From: Candidatus Saccharimonadota bacterium
GTDB taxonomy: Archaea > Nanohalarchaeota > Nanosalinia > Nanosalinales > Nanosalinaceae
Direction of reading: 5' to 3'
Length of the DNA: 32,000 nt
Assembly (NCBI GenBank): GCA_001761425.1
Contig: CP012986.1
Span: 210,001-242,000, forward strand
Shown: positions 17,258 to 26,672 of the stretch, piece after piece
How the letters are laid out: every line of letters begins with the position of its first letter
How positions within the stretch are numbered: position 1 is the first letter of the stretch
Translations under genes and position numbers: made by a program
Notes under the pieces: model-generated
Databases searched by the model: none
The model's input: the letters and a program-made list of their open reading frames with translations, nothing else
What the model was told of the DNA's origin: nothing

Positions 17258-20028
17258 ATATCGAAGGCCTTGGCAAAGCCTTCATCTCCCCGGACATTAT
17301 CCGAATACTTTTCCAGTTTCTCTTTCGCATTCACATCTGTCTCGGAAGCTGAAACAGCGCCTTTTTCACCGATTAAAGTAAGAGAGGCCTCATGCTTTCC
17401 GGAAAGCTTCTGAACAATCTGGATAAGAAGCCCTACATTCTCCGTAGGTACTTCAAGCTCCAGTTCGTCTTTTTCGCCGAGTTGTTCCTCGATAAAGGCC
17501 TCTGTATCGCCTTCAAGCTTCTCAACCTGTTTTTCTCTTTCCTTCCATTGGTTGAATAGGTTCTGGGCTTTTTCTACTGTTTTCAGGCCCTGCACTTCTT
17601 CCGGCTCTGTTTCTCTGTTCAGGAAGTCGGAGAGTTTCTGTATTTTTTCTCTGTATTCCTCTGATTCTCTGTGGAATCTGTCGATGGTGTCGGGAAGCTG
17701 TTGTGGTTCGACTGAGAAAACGTTGCAGAGATCTCTCTGGGCGAGTCTTGGGTCTGATTCAAGCTCTGCGTTAAGTTTCTCCGATATTTTTTCCATCCGG
17801 TTCTCTATCTGGGACATGAACTGTTCGGCTGACTTTCCTGCCTTGTACTGGAGTCTTATAACTCCGTCCTGTATTTTTTTCGAGCCTGTGATGTAGAAAT
17901 CGCCTGCTTCTCCGCTTCTGGAGAGATGTGTTCCTCCGCAGGCCTCTACATCGACATCATCGATGCTGATGATCCTGACTTCGTTTCCGGGAGGTGCTCC
18001 GCCCTGGTAGATCATGAAACCGTATTTTTCCTCCGCCTGGCTTTTCGGAAATCTTTCAGCGGTGATTTCATGGTCTTCCTGGATGATCTCTCTCACAAGG
18101 CCTTCTATCTCGTCCAGTTTCTTTCTTGAAAGCTTCTCGTAATGTGTTAGGTCAAGTCTTGCTTTTTCTACTGTTTTGTGAGCTCCTGCCTGGTAGATGT
18201 GGTTTCCCAGGATTTCTCTGGCTGCTCCGTTGACCATATGCGTTGTTGAGTGATGCTGCATGAGCTGTTTCCTTCTTTTCCAATCTATCTCTGCCTGTAT
18301 CGTATCTCCGTTCTCCAAGTTATGGTTAGGTACATGGTGTAGGATGATACCGTTCTGTTTCTGTACATCGATCACATCGTATCTCTGCCCCTGGATCTCT
18401 AACTCTCCTTTATCCGGTTCCTGGCCTCCGCCTTCTGGATAGAAGACGGTCCTGTCTAGGACGATCCAGTCATCTCTTATTGCTTTGACCTCAGCGTTGC
18501 ACTTCCTGTACTTCTGATCCCTGTAGTAAAGTTTTTCCGTCTCCTCAAGGCCTTCAACGTCAAATTTTTCTTCGGCTTCGTGAACTGTTTTTTCCTCGTC
18601 GCCCAGCCTCATGTAGAAGTCCTCAGGTACGTTGAAGCCGTGTTCCTCCATCATTTCAGGGGATACTCCGTGGGACTCGTAGAGTTCGATCATTCGTTCA
18701 ATGGTAGGCTGAGAATCAAGGTTCTCCAGTTTTTCCTCAGCTTTTTTCCTTGAGGCCCTGTATTTTTCCTTCTCGACGTCCAGGATTCTTTCGATTTCCT
18801 CCATAGAGGCCAGAAGCTCCGGGAACATAGGCTCAAGTTCCTGTGCGTTCCACCGGCCGATTTCTTTCAAATTCAGGTCCCAGTCGTATTTTTCGATGAA
18901 GTCCATGGCTCTCCTGTAGATCATCCTCAGGTTGTGGCCTCCGCCTGTATTGGATGGGATCTTCCCGTCAGCTAGGGCAAATATCAGGGCGCGTGTATGC
19001 TCTGCGACGCTGTAGAGGCCTGCTGTAGGCCTTATCTCGTCCTTCAGTTCGTCTGGGTCTTCGTCTATTTTTTCTGCTATTTCCCTCCATTTTTCGTCTA
19101 TGTCGTTTACTTCGTCTACGTTCAGTTCGGAGCTGTGTGGCAGGAATTTCTCCCATTTTTCCTGGTCCAGTTCTAGGCCTGTGCGTTCTTTCATTTTTTC
19201 CAGTGTTTCCGGCATGACGCATTCGTAGCTGGTCTCGGATCCGTGAGAGATCCAGGTGATTCTTTCCTGGCCCATTCCCATGTCAAGTACCTTTAGATCA
19301 AGTTCTTCGTAGCCGTCCGGTGTCTGTTTGTAGAACATGTAGACCTGGTTGAAAAGTTCGAGGCTGTCTACGAAAAATTCCATGCATGCTCCGAGGTTTC
19401 CTCCGCCACCCCAGCTGTCTTCATGTAGTACAAGTTTTTCCTCAGGTATTCCCAGGGCCTCTACTGCGAACTTGAACATGTCTCTGAAGTAACGGTCCTG
19501 GTCGTAGTCTTTAGGTGGCTGGAAACATGTCTGGCCGATATGGTTGTGAAGGACGTAATGTCTTCCTGTGATCCCGACGTTGTCCACGTCGTTGAACCGG
19601 AGAGAAGGCTGTGGAATGACCAGTTCATCTGCTGGAGGCTCTGCCTCACCTGAGACAACGTAAGGCTGGAAGCAGTAAATTGAAGCACCTGTGAACTCGA
19701 CGTCGTCCCTCCACCTTGCGATAACAGGGTAGCGATCGATAGGGTTATAACCTCTGTCAGCCATGAAATCCCGGTACTCTTTCCAGGCCTCGATGTATGA
19801 GAATTTTCTGTCAGTAGGTGAGTCGTTGATGAAGGTATAGCCTCCGGAGCATTCAGGTTCTCCGCATACCTCTCTGTCCTCGTCGTAGCTCCAGAAATAC
19901 ATTCCACAGTTCGAACAATGGCCTCGGGTGAAACCTTTCGCCCTCAGAACATCTGTGGCGAAAAATTTCTCAGGGTTTTCAGATGCTTCCTCCTTGATCT
20001 CCTGTTTCAGTTCATCGAGGCCTTTCAT
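17254..20028 (-). CDS. alaS: alanyl-tRNA synthetase, archaeal type
   Basis: 924 aa. Archaeal AlaRS N-terminus with a Cys cluster (CSNCGMYFWS...CGEPEC). The editing domain has HSTTHMVNGAAREILG and CGGTH. A C-terminal DHHA1-like region is present. Confidence 0.95.
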   Translation of the reverse strand: MKGLDELKQEIKEEASENPEKFFATDVLRAKGFTRGHCSNCGMYFWSYDEDREVCGEPECSGGYTFINDSPTDRKFSYIEAWKEYRDFMADRGYNPIDRYPVIARWRDDVEFTGASIYCFQPYVVSGEAEPPADELVIPQPSLRFNDVDNVGITGRHYVLHNHIGQTCFQPPKDYDQDRYFRDMFKFAVEALGIPEEKLVLHEDSWGGGGNLGACMEFFVDSLELFNQVYMFYKQTPDGYEELDLKVLDMGMGQERITWISHGSETSYECVMPETLEKMKERTGLELDQEKWEKFLPHSSELNVDEVNDIDEKWREIAEKIDEDPDELKDEIRPTAGLYSVAEHTRALIFALADGKIPSNTGGGHNLRMIYRRAMDFIEKYDWDLNLKEIGRWNAQELEPMFPELLASMEEIERILDVEKEKYRASRKKAEEKLENLDSQPTIERMIELYESHGVSPEMMEEHGFNVPEDFYMRLGDEEKTVHEAEEKFDVEGLEETEKLYYRDQKYRKCNAEVKAIRDDWIVLDRTVFYPEGGGQEPDKGELEIQGQRYDVIDVQKQNGIILHHVPNHNLENGDTIQAEIDWKRRKQLMQHHSTTHMVNGAAREILGNHIYQAGAHKTVEKARLDLTHYEKLSRKKLDEIEGLVREIIQEDHEITAERFPKSQAEEKYGFMIYQGGAPPGNEVRIISIDDVDVEACGGTHLSRSGEAGDFYITGSKKIQDGVIRLQYKAGKSAEQFMSQIENRMEKISEKLNAELESDPRLAQRDLCNVFSVEPQQLPDTIDRFHRESEEYREKIQKLSDFLNRETEPEEVQGLKTVEKAQNLFNQWKEREKQVEKLEGDTEAFIEEQLGEKDELELEVPTENVGLLIQIVQKLSGKHEASLTLIGEKGAVSASETDVNAKEKLEKYSDNVRGDEGFAKAFDI

Positions 20029-20099
20029 AGTTCAGTGATTGACAGAGAAATTTTTTATCAGATGTGAAAAAAGGAAAAAAGAAAGAAACGTTTAGGCCT

Positions 20100-20846
20100 T
20101 TACTCACTCAGCTGCTTGTAGCCTTCTGTGAAGATCGCCCATGTGAAGACTACTGCGATAGCGGATGGTAAAAGACCTAGTACGGATCCGAAAGCTATTC
20201 CTCCAGCCATTGTTCCGATAAAGCTTGTGGTTCCGCCGATGACTATCGCGAACACGGCGTTGCCGATGAAAACGATCAGGAGCAAGCCCAATGCTCTCAA
20301 TCTGTTGCCTTTCGTATCGTTCCAGGCTGTTTTCATTGCCTCGAAGAAGTTCATGTCTTTGTCGATGACATAGAAACTCCAGAAGAACAGGCTGGCGAAC
20401 AGGAAGATTCCCGGAATGATAAATGCTATGAAACCTGCTGTCAAGGCCAGGGAGAACAGTAGGCCTCCAGCAACTATATTCGCCAGGACCCAGAGGATAT
20501 TATCTGTGAAGTGACTGGTTTCCAGTTTCACGTCTTCGTTCAGGAACATCCTGACAGCTCCTACTGTAACTGTAAGAGATAACAGGCCTGTCAGAATTCC
20601 TCCGACGGCTGCTACTCCGGTCGGAAGGTTTACGGCCAGGGGTACGAGCTGTTCCATGGTAATCTGGCTGAATGGCTGGGCTTGAGAGCCGAAAGTTCCG
20701 CTCTCCGACAGGTTTTTCATCAGGGTATCTCCCATCACCTGTGAGATCACACTTACGGCAAAGAAAATACCCATCAGGATAACTGAGTCGCGCTGAAAGC
20801 CTTTTTCAAGGCCTTTCTGAATAGCATTACCTATATCTATACTCAT
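20100..20846 (-). CDS. multi-pass integral membrane protein, function unknown
   Basis: 248 aa with about 6 hydrophobic segments, for example VILMGIFFAVSVISQV, GLLFSLALTAGFIAFIIPGIFLFASLFFWSF and LLLIVFIGNAVFAIVIGG. Confidence 0.7.
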   Translation of the reverse strand: MSIDIGNAIQKGLEKGFQRDSVILMGIFFAVSVISQVMGDTLMKNLSESGTFGSQAQPFSQITMEQLVPLAVNLPTGVAAVGGILTGLLSLTVTVGAVRMFLNEDVKLETSHFTDNILWVLANIVAGGLLFSLALTAGFIAFIIPGIFLFASLFFWSFYVIDKDMNFFEAMKTAWNDTKGNRLRALGLLLIVFIGNAVFAIVIGGTTSFIGTMAGGIAFGSVLGLLPSAIAVVFTWAIFTEGYKQLSE

Positions 20847-20944
20847 ACAGTCTAAATGCGGTTTCAGCCGTCAAAAGTCTTTTGATACCTGTGGAAGAAT
20901 TAAGAAATTAGGAAGAGAAGAAAGGAGAAGATGTGAAGGCCTGT

Positions 20945-21253
20945 TTAGAACATTGAGCCGAGGCCTTCAGCTGCTTCGTCTTCGTCAGCTTCGTCCTCTT
21001 CTTCGTCTTCAGCTTCTTCTTCGGCTTCGTCTTCGGAAGATTCTTCTCCGCCGGAAGGTGCTGCTGCGCCGCCTGCTGCGACTGCTGTCTCCATTGCTTC
21101 TTCGATGTCGACGTCTTCGAGTGCTGCGACTAGTGCTGCGATCTCGGAATCTTCTGCGTCGAGATCTGCTGCGTCGACGATTGCTTCTAGATTATCTTCG
21201 TTAACTTCTTTTCCGGCTTCGTGTAGTGTCAGTGCTGCGTAAACTAGTTCCAT
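20945..21253 (-). CDS. rpl12: 50S ribosomal stalk protein L12 (P1)
   Basis: 102 aa. N-terminus MELVYAALTLHEAGKEVNEDNL, an Ala/Gly hinge, an acidic tail and the conserved C-terminal AEGLGSMF. Confidence 0.9.
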   Translation of the reverse strand: MELVYAALTLHEAGKEVNEDNLEAIVDAADLDAEDSEIAALVAALEDVDIEEAMETAVAAGGAAAPSGGEESSEDEAEEEAEDEEEDEADEDEAAEGLGSMF

Positions 21254-21322
21254 AGTTGATTCACCAATACCTTATCCAAGAGGGTCAACAGTTAAAAACC
21301 TCTTCTGCACAGTTGATTACAA

Positions 21323-22042
21323 ATGCCTGAGTTGGAGTTCTCCGAACTACCTGAAGGCCTCAGAGTAAAACTTTCTGAGGATATAGAGAAAGAGCTGTGG
21401 CACCGTATCGACGAGTTCGGAGGGATAAAGGAGTTTACACAGCATTTCGAGTACTCTCAGTCCAAGATGTATAACTGGAAGAACAAGGATTCTTTTCTAC
21501 CTATCAGGTTTGTTAGAAGGTTGATGGGAGGTAATAATTCAGAAGGAATAGAGGCCTTGAAAGGAAAAAGAAGTGGAAAAATACTGGAAAATCCGGAGTT
21601 TCCTCTCAGGGTTTCGGACGAACTGTTGACACGTGTGGAGGCCTCTGTATCTGTCAACAGTGAAGGTATACCGACCTATATGACTGATGAGCGGTCTCTG
21701 GCTGATCGGTTCAGGGAACTTCTGAATGATCTAGGTGAGGTTCCTAGCTCGCTTTATTCCAGGCAGGGAAGGTTTGAGGTGCGCTACCCGAAGTCCCTCC
21801 AGGAATTGTTTGAATGTCTGGAGTTCGAGGAAGATTTCGCCACTCTGGTGGACGAGGAAGGAGTTATCGTAGATGGAAAGCTGGAGGCCCGGGGTAGAGA
21901 AGTCTCCGTGGAAGATTTCTCAGGGAAACTTTATTCCCGTGAGAAAAAGTTTGAACTTGCTCTACAGAAAGGAGATCAAGGTATCATCAAGGATATTATA
22001 GCTAGTGAGGCCTCTAAGGTTGATTCTCTGCTGGGTAACTGA
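21323..22042 (+). CDS. hypothetical protein (239 aa) with a putative N-terminal HTH, inserted between rpl10 and rpl12 on the opposite strand
   Basis: ORF-track entry. GGIKEFTQHFEYSQSKMYNWKNKDSFLPIRFVRRL looks HTH-like. The middle region (IPTYMTDERSLADRFRELLNDLGEVPSSLYSRQGRFEVRYPKSLQELFECLEF) loosely resembles a LAGLIDADG-type fold without the catalytic motif. Confidence 0.6.
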   Translation: MPELEFSELPEGLRVKLSEDIEKELWHRIDEFGGIKEFTQHFEYSQSKMYNWKNKDSFLPIRFVRRLMGGNNSEGIEALKGKRSGKILENPEFPLRVSDELLTRVEASVSVNSEGIPTYMTDERSLADRFRELLNDLGEVPSSLYSRQGRFEVRYPKSLQELFECLEFEEDFATLVDEEGVIVDGKLEARGREVSVEDFSGKLYSREKKFELALQKGDQGIIKDIIASEASKVDSLLGN

Positions 22043-22085
22043 GATAATAGAAGAAAAATATGTGTGAAAATAGGAGGGGAAGAAG

Positions 22086-23138
22086 TTATTCTTCCTCAGA
22101 TTCAGACTCTCCGTCTTCCGAAGATTCTTCGTCTTCGGATTCATCTGAAGGCTCGTCCTCTTCTGATTCTTCTTCAGAATCGGACTTATCTTCAGCTTCG
22201 GATTCTCCTTCTGCTTCTTCCTCGTCTTCTGTGTCTTCTTCGGCTTCTTGCTCTTCTTCGTCTTTGAGGTCGACTGATTCGAGGTCAAGCTGGCTGTCGA
22301 GGCCTTCTGCGTTTCCTGATGCGTGGGCGAGTGCTTCTTCGATTGTTTCCTCGACTGGTAGGCCTTCGCTGATTGCGAGATTTTTCGCCTTTCTGACTGC
22401 TTCCTGGACGATGGTTTCTGCTGTTGTCTCGTTGATGATTCCTGCGTTGACTGCGAGGTTGAAGGCTGCGCTTGAAGCTGTTTCGACATCTGTTCTGTAC
22501 TGTTCTGTGTCGATGTCGAGTTCTTCTGCTGTGAAGAGTTCTCCTTCGCTGTATGCGATGTCGAGGTCGAGTCCGATCTCCAGTGGCTCGATTCCGAGCT
22601 GGGAGAGGATTTCTGCGTCGTCTCTTGTGATTGTGTCTCCTTTTTCGATGATGACTCCTGGTTCCTGGACGTGGATTGAGCCGTCGCTTACCTGGACCTG
22701 GAGGCCTCTCTGTTGGAGTTTTCCAAGCATAGGGCCTGGGCCGATTCCTGTGTCTCCGTCAGGGACTTCGATATCGTTTGGAGCTTCTTCTCCTCCCTGT
22801 GCTGCAGCTGATGTCTTGTTCTCCTTGATCAGCTGGTATAGCTGGAAGGGATCTTTCTCGGAGAAGATGAATGCTGGCTGAGTTGCCTCAGTTTCCTCCA
22901 GTTGTTCGATGTCTTCTTTCTCTGCTCCGTCGATCGCAATCTCCATCAGGGTCTTCCTGGACATTTTGACGTCTGCGAAGGCCTTCATGTCTTTTTTGAT
23001 CTGCTGGAGCTGTTTGGCTGGGAGGTTGTGCATGTCGAGGATTCCGATGACAGGATAGGCTTCGATCTTCTCCTCGAATTCTTCGACCTTCATTTCCTTC
23101 TGTTCTCTTGTCATTCCTTTTGGGGTTGGCTGTACCAT
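22086..23138 (-). CDS. rpl10: 50S ribosomal stalk protein L10 (P0) with a long Ser/Asp/Glu tail
   Basis: 350 aa with an SD (GGAGGTG) upstream. The N-terminus KEMKVEEFEEKIEAYPVIGILDMHNLPAKQLQQIKKDM is typical of archaeal L10/P0. The tail ends ...SEDGESESEEE. Confidence 0.9.
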   Translation of the reverse strand: MVQPTPKGMTREQKEMKVEEFEEKIEAYPVIGILDMHNLPAKQLQQIKKDMKAFADVKMSRKTLMEIAIDGAEKEDIEQLEETEATQPAFIFSEKDPFQLYQLIKENKTSAAAQGGEEAPNDIEVPDGDTGIGPGPMLGKLQQRGLQVQVSDGSIHVQEPGVIIEKGDTITRDDAEILSQLGIEPLEIGLDLDIAYSEGELFTAEELDIDTEQYRTDVETASSAAFNLAVNAGIINETTAETIVQEAVRKAKNLAISEGLPVEETIEEALAHASGNAEGLDSQLDLESVDLKDEEEQEAEEDTEDEEEAEGESEAEDKSDSEEESEEDEPSDESEDEESSEDGESESEEE

Positions 23139-23190
23139 TATCTAGACACCTCCGTTTTCATGTAACTCCGAAAATCACTGATTTTCATTG

Positions 23191-23817
23191 TTACTTCACC
23201 TCCTCTGTTGGTCCCATGGTTGTCTTGACCAGGACTGACTTGATGTTGTTCCGTCCTTTAGGTAGCTGGCCTTCTACGAATTCGTAGATGGTTTCGCAGT
23301 TCCTTGAAACGTTTTCAAGGTCTTGTTGTTCGTTTCCGACTTTGACCTGGAGGATTGGCTGTTCCTTGAGTCTGAGTGAGACTGTGTTTCTGAGGCCTTC
23401 GATGGTCTCGGTCGGGTCTTCTCCTGGCTGCATTGGGTCAGGCATCATGTCTCTTGGTCCGAGTACCTGTCCTAGCTGAGAACCGATTTTAGGCATCAGT
23501 GGGGCCTCTGCGATGATGAATGTGAATTCATCTGCTATGTCCTTTGCGTTGTCAGGGTTTTCGAAGTATTCTTCTTCAAGCTCGTTTTCACTGATCGTTT
23601 TATCTGCGTTGTCTGCGTTCGTCGTGATTGAGTCTCCGATGACTGCTACTTTGATATCTTCGTCAGCCTGGTAAGGCAGTTTGATATCTTCGTTGAAACG
23701 GTTGTTGGGATCGGAGAGGTCGACGTCTTTGAAGTTGACGATCAGATCTACGCTCTCGGTGAAATCTCTTTCTTCTGCGTCTTCTACTGCTTCTTCTACT
23801 GCTTCCTGGAAATTCAT
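23191..23817 (-). CDS. rpl1: 50S ribosomal protein L1
   Basis: 208 aa. FTESVDLIVNFKDVDLSDPNNRFNEDIKLP and GPRDMMP are L1 family patterns. Its ATG overlaps the rpl11 stop (ATGA). Confidence 0.92.
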   Translation of the reverse strand: MNFQEAVEEAVEDAEERDFTESVDLIVNFKDVDLSDPNNRFNEDIKLPYQADEDIKVAVIGDSITTNADNADKTISENELEEEYFENPDNAKDIADEFTFIIAEAPLMPKIGSQLGQVLGPRDMMPDPMQPGEDPTETIEGLRNTVSLRLKEQPILQVKVGNEQQDLENVSRNCETIYEFVEGQLPKGRNNIKSVLVKTTMGPTEEVK

Positions 23818-24314
23818 TCTAGTCCTTCCTCCTGTTCAAGTTCTTCGTCGTATTCTCCAGCGTCGATTTCCTGCTGGACGTCGTAAGCGTCCTTACCATC
23901 AACTGTGATTCCCATGGACTGTGCAGAGCCGATAACTTCCTTAACTGCTCCATGAAGATCCATAGCAAGAAGATCTGTATCCTTCATCCTGGCAAGTTTA
24001 CAGGCGGTCGAGAAATCCATGTCAGCGACCTTTGTTTTGTTAGGTTCGCCCGAGCCGGATTCAAGTCCGATCTCGTCCTTGACAAGGGCTGCGATCGGAG
24101 GTTTCCCGACTTCGATTTCGAAATCGCCTGTATCTTCGTCTATAGTGACGTCTACAGGAACTTCCATGCCTTCAAAGTCTGCGGTTTTGTCGTTTATTGC
24201 GTTCACGACCGCTCCTACGTCTACTGGTAGGGGGCCGAGCTCTGGTCCTAGCGGAGGGCCGGCAGATGCCTGTCCTCCTTCCACAAGGGTTGATATAGTG
24301 GTCTTGTCTCCCAT
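23814..24314 (-). CDS. rpl11: 50S ribosomal protein L11
   Basis: 166 aa. VEGGQASAGPPLGPELGPLPVDVGAVVNAINDKT is the L11 N-domain signature. Confidence 0.93.
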   Translation of the reverse strand: MGDKTTISTLVEGGQASAGPPLGPELGPLPVDVGAVVNAINDKTADFEGMEVPVDVTIDEDTGDFEIEVGKPPIAALVKDEIGLESGSGEPNKTKVADMDFSTACKLARMKDTDLLAMDLHGAVKEVIGSAQSMGITVDGKDAYDVQQEIDAGEYDEELEQEEGLE

Positions 24315-24360
24315 TTCTGATTACCTCGGTTTAGATAAAATATAGATTTAATCGAAGGCC

Positions 24361-24795
24361 TTACTGGTTGGCCTTCTTTCTTACTGAGTCGATGTCGACG
24401 GTGGTAGGGATTGGTACTGCTGCGTCGAGAAGTTCGATTGTGACTTCTCTGTTGCCTTCGTCGACTCTGTCGATTTTAGCTTCTTCTCCTTTGAAAGGTC
24501 CGCTGATGACTTCTACTTTGTCGCCTACTTCAAGTGTGATGTCTTCTTCTTCCTCGTCAAGGTATTTCTCGATCTCTGAGACATTAACTTCTTCGTCAAT
24601 AACTCCGTTAATGTTTCTTACTTCGCTGGCAAGATCTCTGATAGCCTGTTCACTGCCTTCGATGAAGATGTATCCTCTGAGATCTTCAGGGTGGAAAACA
24701 GCCTTTATATCCAGATCGCTTGTCTTGATCTGGCTTCTTGAAGCGTTTATAGCAGTTTTCTCACGTCCTCTTGTCGTCCTAGCAGTCATTATCAT
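24361..24795 (-). CDS. spt5: transcription elongation factor Spt5 (NusG)
   Basis: 144 aa. It has an NGN domain (LRGYIFIEG) and a KOW motif (GDKVEVISGPFKGEEAKIDRVD). It sits in the conserved position between secE and rpl11. Confidence 0.9.
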   Translation of the reverse strand: MIMTARTTRGREKTAINASRSQIKTSDLDIKAVFHPEDLRGYIFIEGSEQAIRDLASEVRNINGVIDEEVNVSEIEKYLDEEEEDITLEVGDKVEVISGPFKGEEAKIDRVDEGNREVTIELLDAAVPIPTTVDIDSVRKKANQ

Positions 24796-24800
24796 TTATA

Positions 24801-25013
24801 TCACACCAGCTTAGGTAGTAGCGAACTCACAAGGTAAAACAGGAACCCGATAATACCGATGATGGCCATACCTGCTCCAGTAACCTTGGCAGCCATCTCG
24901 AACTCCTCTCTATCCGGTTTATCCGAAATCTTGAGCACTCGCTGATACTCCTTCAACTTGCTCTTCACATCATTCTTGATTGAGTTAGGATCGAGTTCCA
25001 TTGGGTCAAACAC
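24801..25013 (-). CDS. secE: preprotein translocase subunit SecE (Sec61-gamma)
   Basis: 70 aa with a single C-terminal TM helix (GAGMAIIGIIGFLFYLVSSLL), preceded by KEYQRVLKISDKPDREEF. It sits in the conserved position upstream of spt5. GTG start at 25013, or alternatively ATG at 25001. Confidence 0.8.
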   Translation of the reverse strand: MFDPMELDPNSIKNDVKSKLKEYQRVLKISDKPDREEFEMAAKVTGAGMAIIGIIGFLFYLVSSLLPKLV

Positions 25014-25157
25014 CTCGCCAACACTGGATAGAAGGAGAACTGGTTCAAATACCTAGTTCCCTCCCACATATTCCAGTGGTTCAAGCGGGTCGTAGATTAG
25101 CATACGGGAGAAATTTTTTTAAACCAGTTGATTATAAACCGGAGAGCTCGCTCACTT

Positions 25158-25448
25158 CTAAAGTTTTTCTTCGATTTCATCAGGCAGATCTACAGTTATC
25201 TCGTCTGTTTCCTGTTTCAGGGCTGTGGATATCACTGCTACTGCGACAGGGCCTGTTGTTTCTTTGAATTTGTTAAGTAGTTCCTGGAAGATGTTCTTAC
25301 CTGGAGCACTGGATTCTACTATTTCTCCTTCATCATTTATTTCCATGTCAGGGACTTTACGAGCTTGCCTGAGAGCTACAGGACTTCCCATTACGCTCAT
25401 TTCTTTTTGAATGGCTATTTCAGCAAGCTTTCTGTATTCTTCTTCCAT
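25158..25448 (-). CDS. hypothetical protein (96 aa), downstream partner of the FIST gene
   Basis: ORF-track entry, acidic. It lies 21 nt downstream of the FIST CDS on the same strand. No family recognised. Confidence 0.55.
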   Translation of the reverse strand: MEEEYRKLAEIAIQKEMSVMGSPVALRQARKVPDMEINDEGEIVESSAPGKNIFQELLNKFKETTGPVAVAVISTALKQETDEITVDLPDEIEEKL

Positions 25449-25469
25449 TTTGCTACCCTTTTCGCTGCC

Positions 25470-26672
25470 CTATTTTCTTCCCAGAGTCTGTACTACTATG
25501 GTATCATTGTTTAATGCAGTCCAGCCTTCGCTGGTAGCTATCTGTCCATATCCGTAGAGTCCGAAAAGTTTCGTGTCTTCTCCCAAGGCCTTTCTGACGT
25601 TTTCTACTTCTCTGTTTGCTGTTTCTTTGTCATCGTATATTGCATAGCGTGCTGCGCAGCTGAATATTATTGCTGCCTCTATATCTTCTTTTTCAAGGCC
25701 TGTTTTTTTCCTTGCTTTTTTTGCTGCTTCTGTGGCTGCTTCGAGCATGGATGACTTCTCGCCCATCATAAGATTTACGTTTTCGTTTCTTTCAGGTGGA
25801 GGCAGGCATTTGTAGCATCCGTTTTCCTGTACGTCTATGGCCACTCTTAGTCTGTGTGTATCTTCTCTTTCGTTTTTCATTCCGAAGGGAGCCATTAAAA
25901 GAAATTCCGGGTTATCAGCTTGATCTTCTCCGAAGACCTGTGAGTAGACTTCTTTTGGAGTTTTACCGCTTAGTTCCTGTACCACATCGTTTTCGACTTC
26001 TGTTACATCGAAGTCATTTGGTGTTGGCTGAAATCCGTGTGCTCTATCTGAACCTACGCTTTTGCCAGTATTGACTATGATGCATGTGACTGCGTTCTGT
26101 TTCACCTTTCCTTCGTGGAATATTACCGTGTCCTGGAAATCGTATTCGTCCGAGGAGAACTCTCCTGTCGAAGAGAAACCTGGTCCGAGGAATGAGTTAA
26201 CGCCTTCAAGTATATTTTCTGCATTGCCTTTCGTAGGGTCTGCAAACGTATTTACAAATACTTCTCTGTGTTCTGCCCATTCACTCAGGCTTCCTTTAGA
26301 GTAGGGAATTATCTCATCGCTTTCAAGGTTTTTGAAGGCCTTTTCTACTGCTGATTTCCCTGCCTCTTTATCGTTTTCGTCCAGGCCTTTTCCCAGGCCT
26401 ATTCCGATATCTACTTCTGAGCCAGAGATTGTTCCAATTGCTACGCCGCCCTCAGTTATTTGTTCGTTGTTGATTTCTGCGGTGCTCGAACATCCGGTTA
26501 TAGGGACGTTGTCGAAAACCTCGTTTACTCCATCTAGGACCTGTTGGAGATCATACTTTGAGGATCCGAAGACATATACTATTTTCTCTCCGCCTTCTTC
26601 TGCTTGTTTAGCGGCTTTTTTACCTGCCTCAAATCCATCTTCTGCGCTAGAGTTCCCGGTTTGAACTTTCAA
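25470..26672 (-). CDS. FIST (FIST_N + FIST_C) domain sensory protein
   Basis: 400 aa. N-terminal pattern IVYVFGSSKYDLQQVL...PITGCSSTAEI and C-terminal pattern AAIIFSCAARYAIY...LFGLYGYGQIA match my recollection of the FIST_N and FIST_C signatures. Confidence 0.7.
   Translation of the reverse strand: MKVQTGNSSAEDGFEAGKKAAKQAEEGGEKIVYVFGSSKYDLQQVLDGVNEVFDNVPITGCSSTAEINNEQITEGGVAIGTISGSEVDIGIGLGKGLDENDKEAGKSAVEKAFKNLESDEIIPYSKGSLSEWAEHREVFVNTFADPTKGNAENILEGVNSFLGPGFSSTGEFSSDEYDFQDTVIFHEGKVKQNAVTCIIVNTGKSVGSDRAHGFQPTPNDFDVTEVENDVVQELSGKTPKEVYSQVFGEDQADNPEFLLMAPFGMKNEREDTHRLRVAIDVQENGCYKCLPPPERNENVNLMMGEKSSMLEAATEAAKKARKKTGLEKEDIEAAIIFSCAARYAIYDDKETANREVENVRKALGEDTKLFGLYGYGQIATSEGWTALNNDTIVVQTLGRK

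Noticed and set aside
21962-22881. Long ORFs overlapping rpl10: 22060..22881 on the plus strand (antisense to rpl10, 273 aa, Ser-rich) and 21962..22489 on the minus strand in a different frame from rpl10 (175 aa, basic).
   Set aside because: They are shadow frames of the rpl10 sequence, mostly its repetitive GAA/GAT/GAG tail. Their Ser-rich or Lys-rich low-complexity composition is unlike the local acidic proteome, and rpl10 is clearly the real gene.
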